A stretch of DNA of 63,038 bases, counting the filler, from Conidiobolus incongruus B7586 (Eukaryota): assembly GCA_000697335.1 (NCBI GenBank). It is 22 parts of 22 records of this genome, joined end to end, with 100 filler letters (N's around TTAATTAATTAA, not from the genome) between each part and the next. Parts side by side here need not be neighbours in the genome. Positions count along the whole stretch, not along the records: positions 61,980 to 63,038 come from JNEM01004550.1; 21 more parts are not named here. One strand, written 5' to 3'. How positions within the stretch are numbered: the stretch's first letter is position 1; every line of letters starts with the position of its first letter. The position numbers were made by a program, and so were the translations under genes. This document shows positions 62,883-63,038 of this stretch, one piece after another. The notes under the pieces were generated by a model. That model searched no databases and was not told where the DNA came from. It worked only from the letters and a program-made list of their open reading frames with translations.

Positions 62883-63038
62883 TACTAACCTAAAAAAATA
62901 AGTCATAAAATCAAAAATATATATTTTTATTAATAACTAAAATGAATTTATATATAAAGTTATATTAAACTATAATATATAAATATATTATATAATTTAA
63001 TAATAAAGCAATATATATAGATATATTTTTCAAATTAT
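62883..63038 (+). mobile_element. A-family TIR fragment at window end
   Basis: 'ta|tactaacctaaaaaaataagtcataaaatcaaaaat' matches the A TIR. Confidence 0.6.

Overview
Extremely AT-rich eukaryotic DNA, most likely from a fungus. Gene style and content suggest an early-diverging, possibly Entomophthoromycotina/Zoopagomycota-like lineage, but this is inference only. The window is 22 contigs joined by 21 identical artificial 100-nt spacers (N44-TTAATTAATTAA-N44), so adjacency across spacers is unproven. Four intact, intronless protein genes are supported: a secreted, probably GPI-anchored BtuF/TroA-fold protein of the CBA1 (cobalamin acquisition) type, a CE4 chitin/polysaccharide deacetylase, homoserine dehydrogenase (HOM6) and a small secreted E/K-rich orphan. 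Two tRNA genes are present (Asp-GTC, Val-AAC). Roughly half of the window is dead, often nested transposons: about 9 copies of a DD34E Tc1 element with ~200-bp IR/DR-type ends, 4 copies of a DD34D mariner (WVPHxL / YSPDxxPCD relics) and two Ty3/gypsy LTR families. All TE copies are destroyed mainly by C>T/G>A transitions biased to CpA/TpG, while neighbouring unique AT-rich DNA and the genes keep CpA/TpG/CpG. This RIP-like repeat-targeted mutation pattern is the strongest candidate for an undescribed system here. TE boundaries were read by eye and are approximate unless stated.
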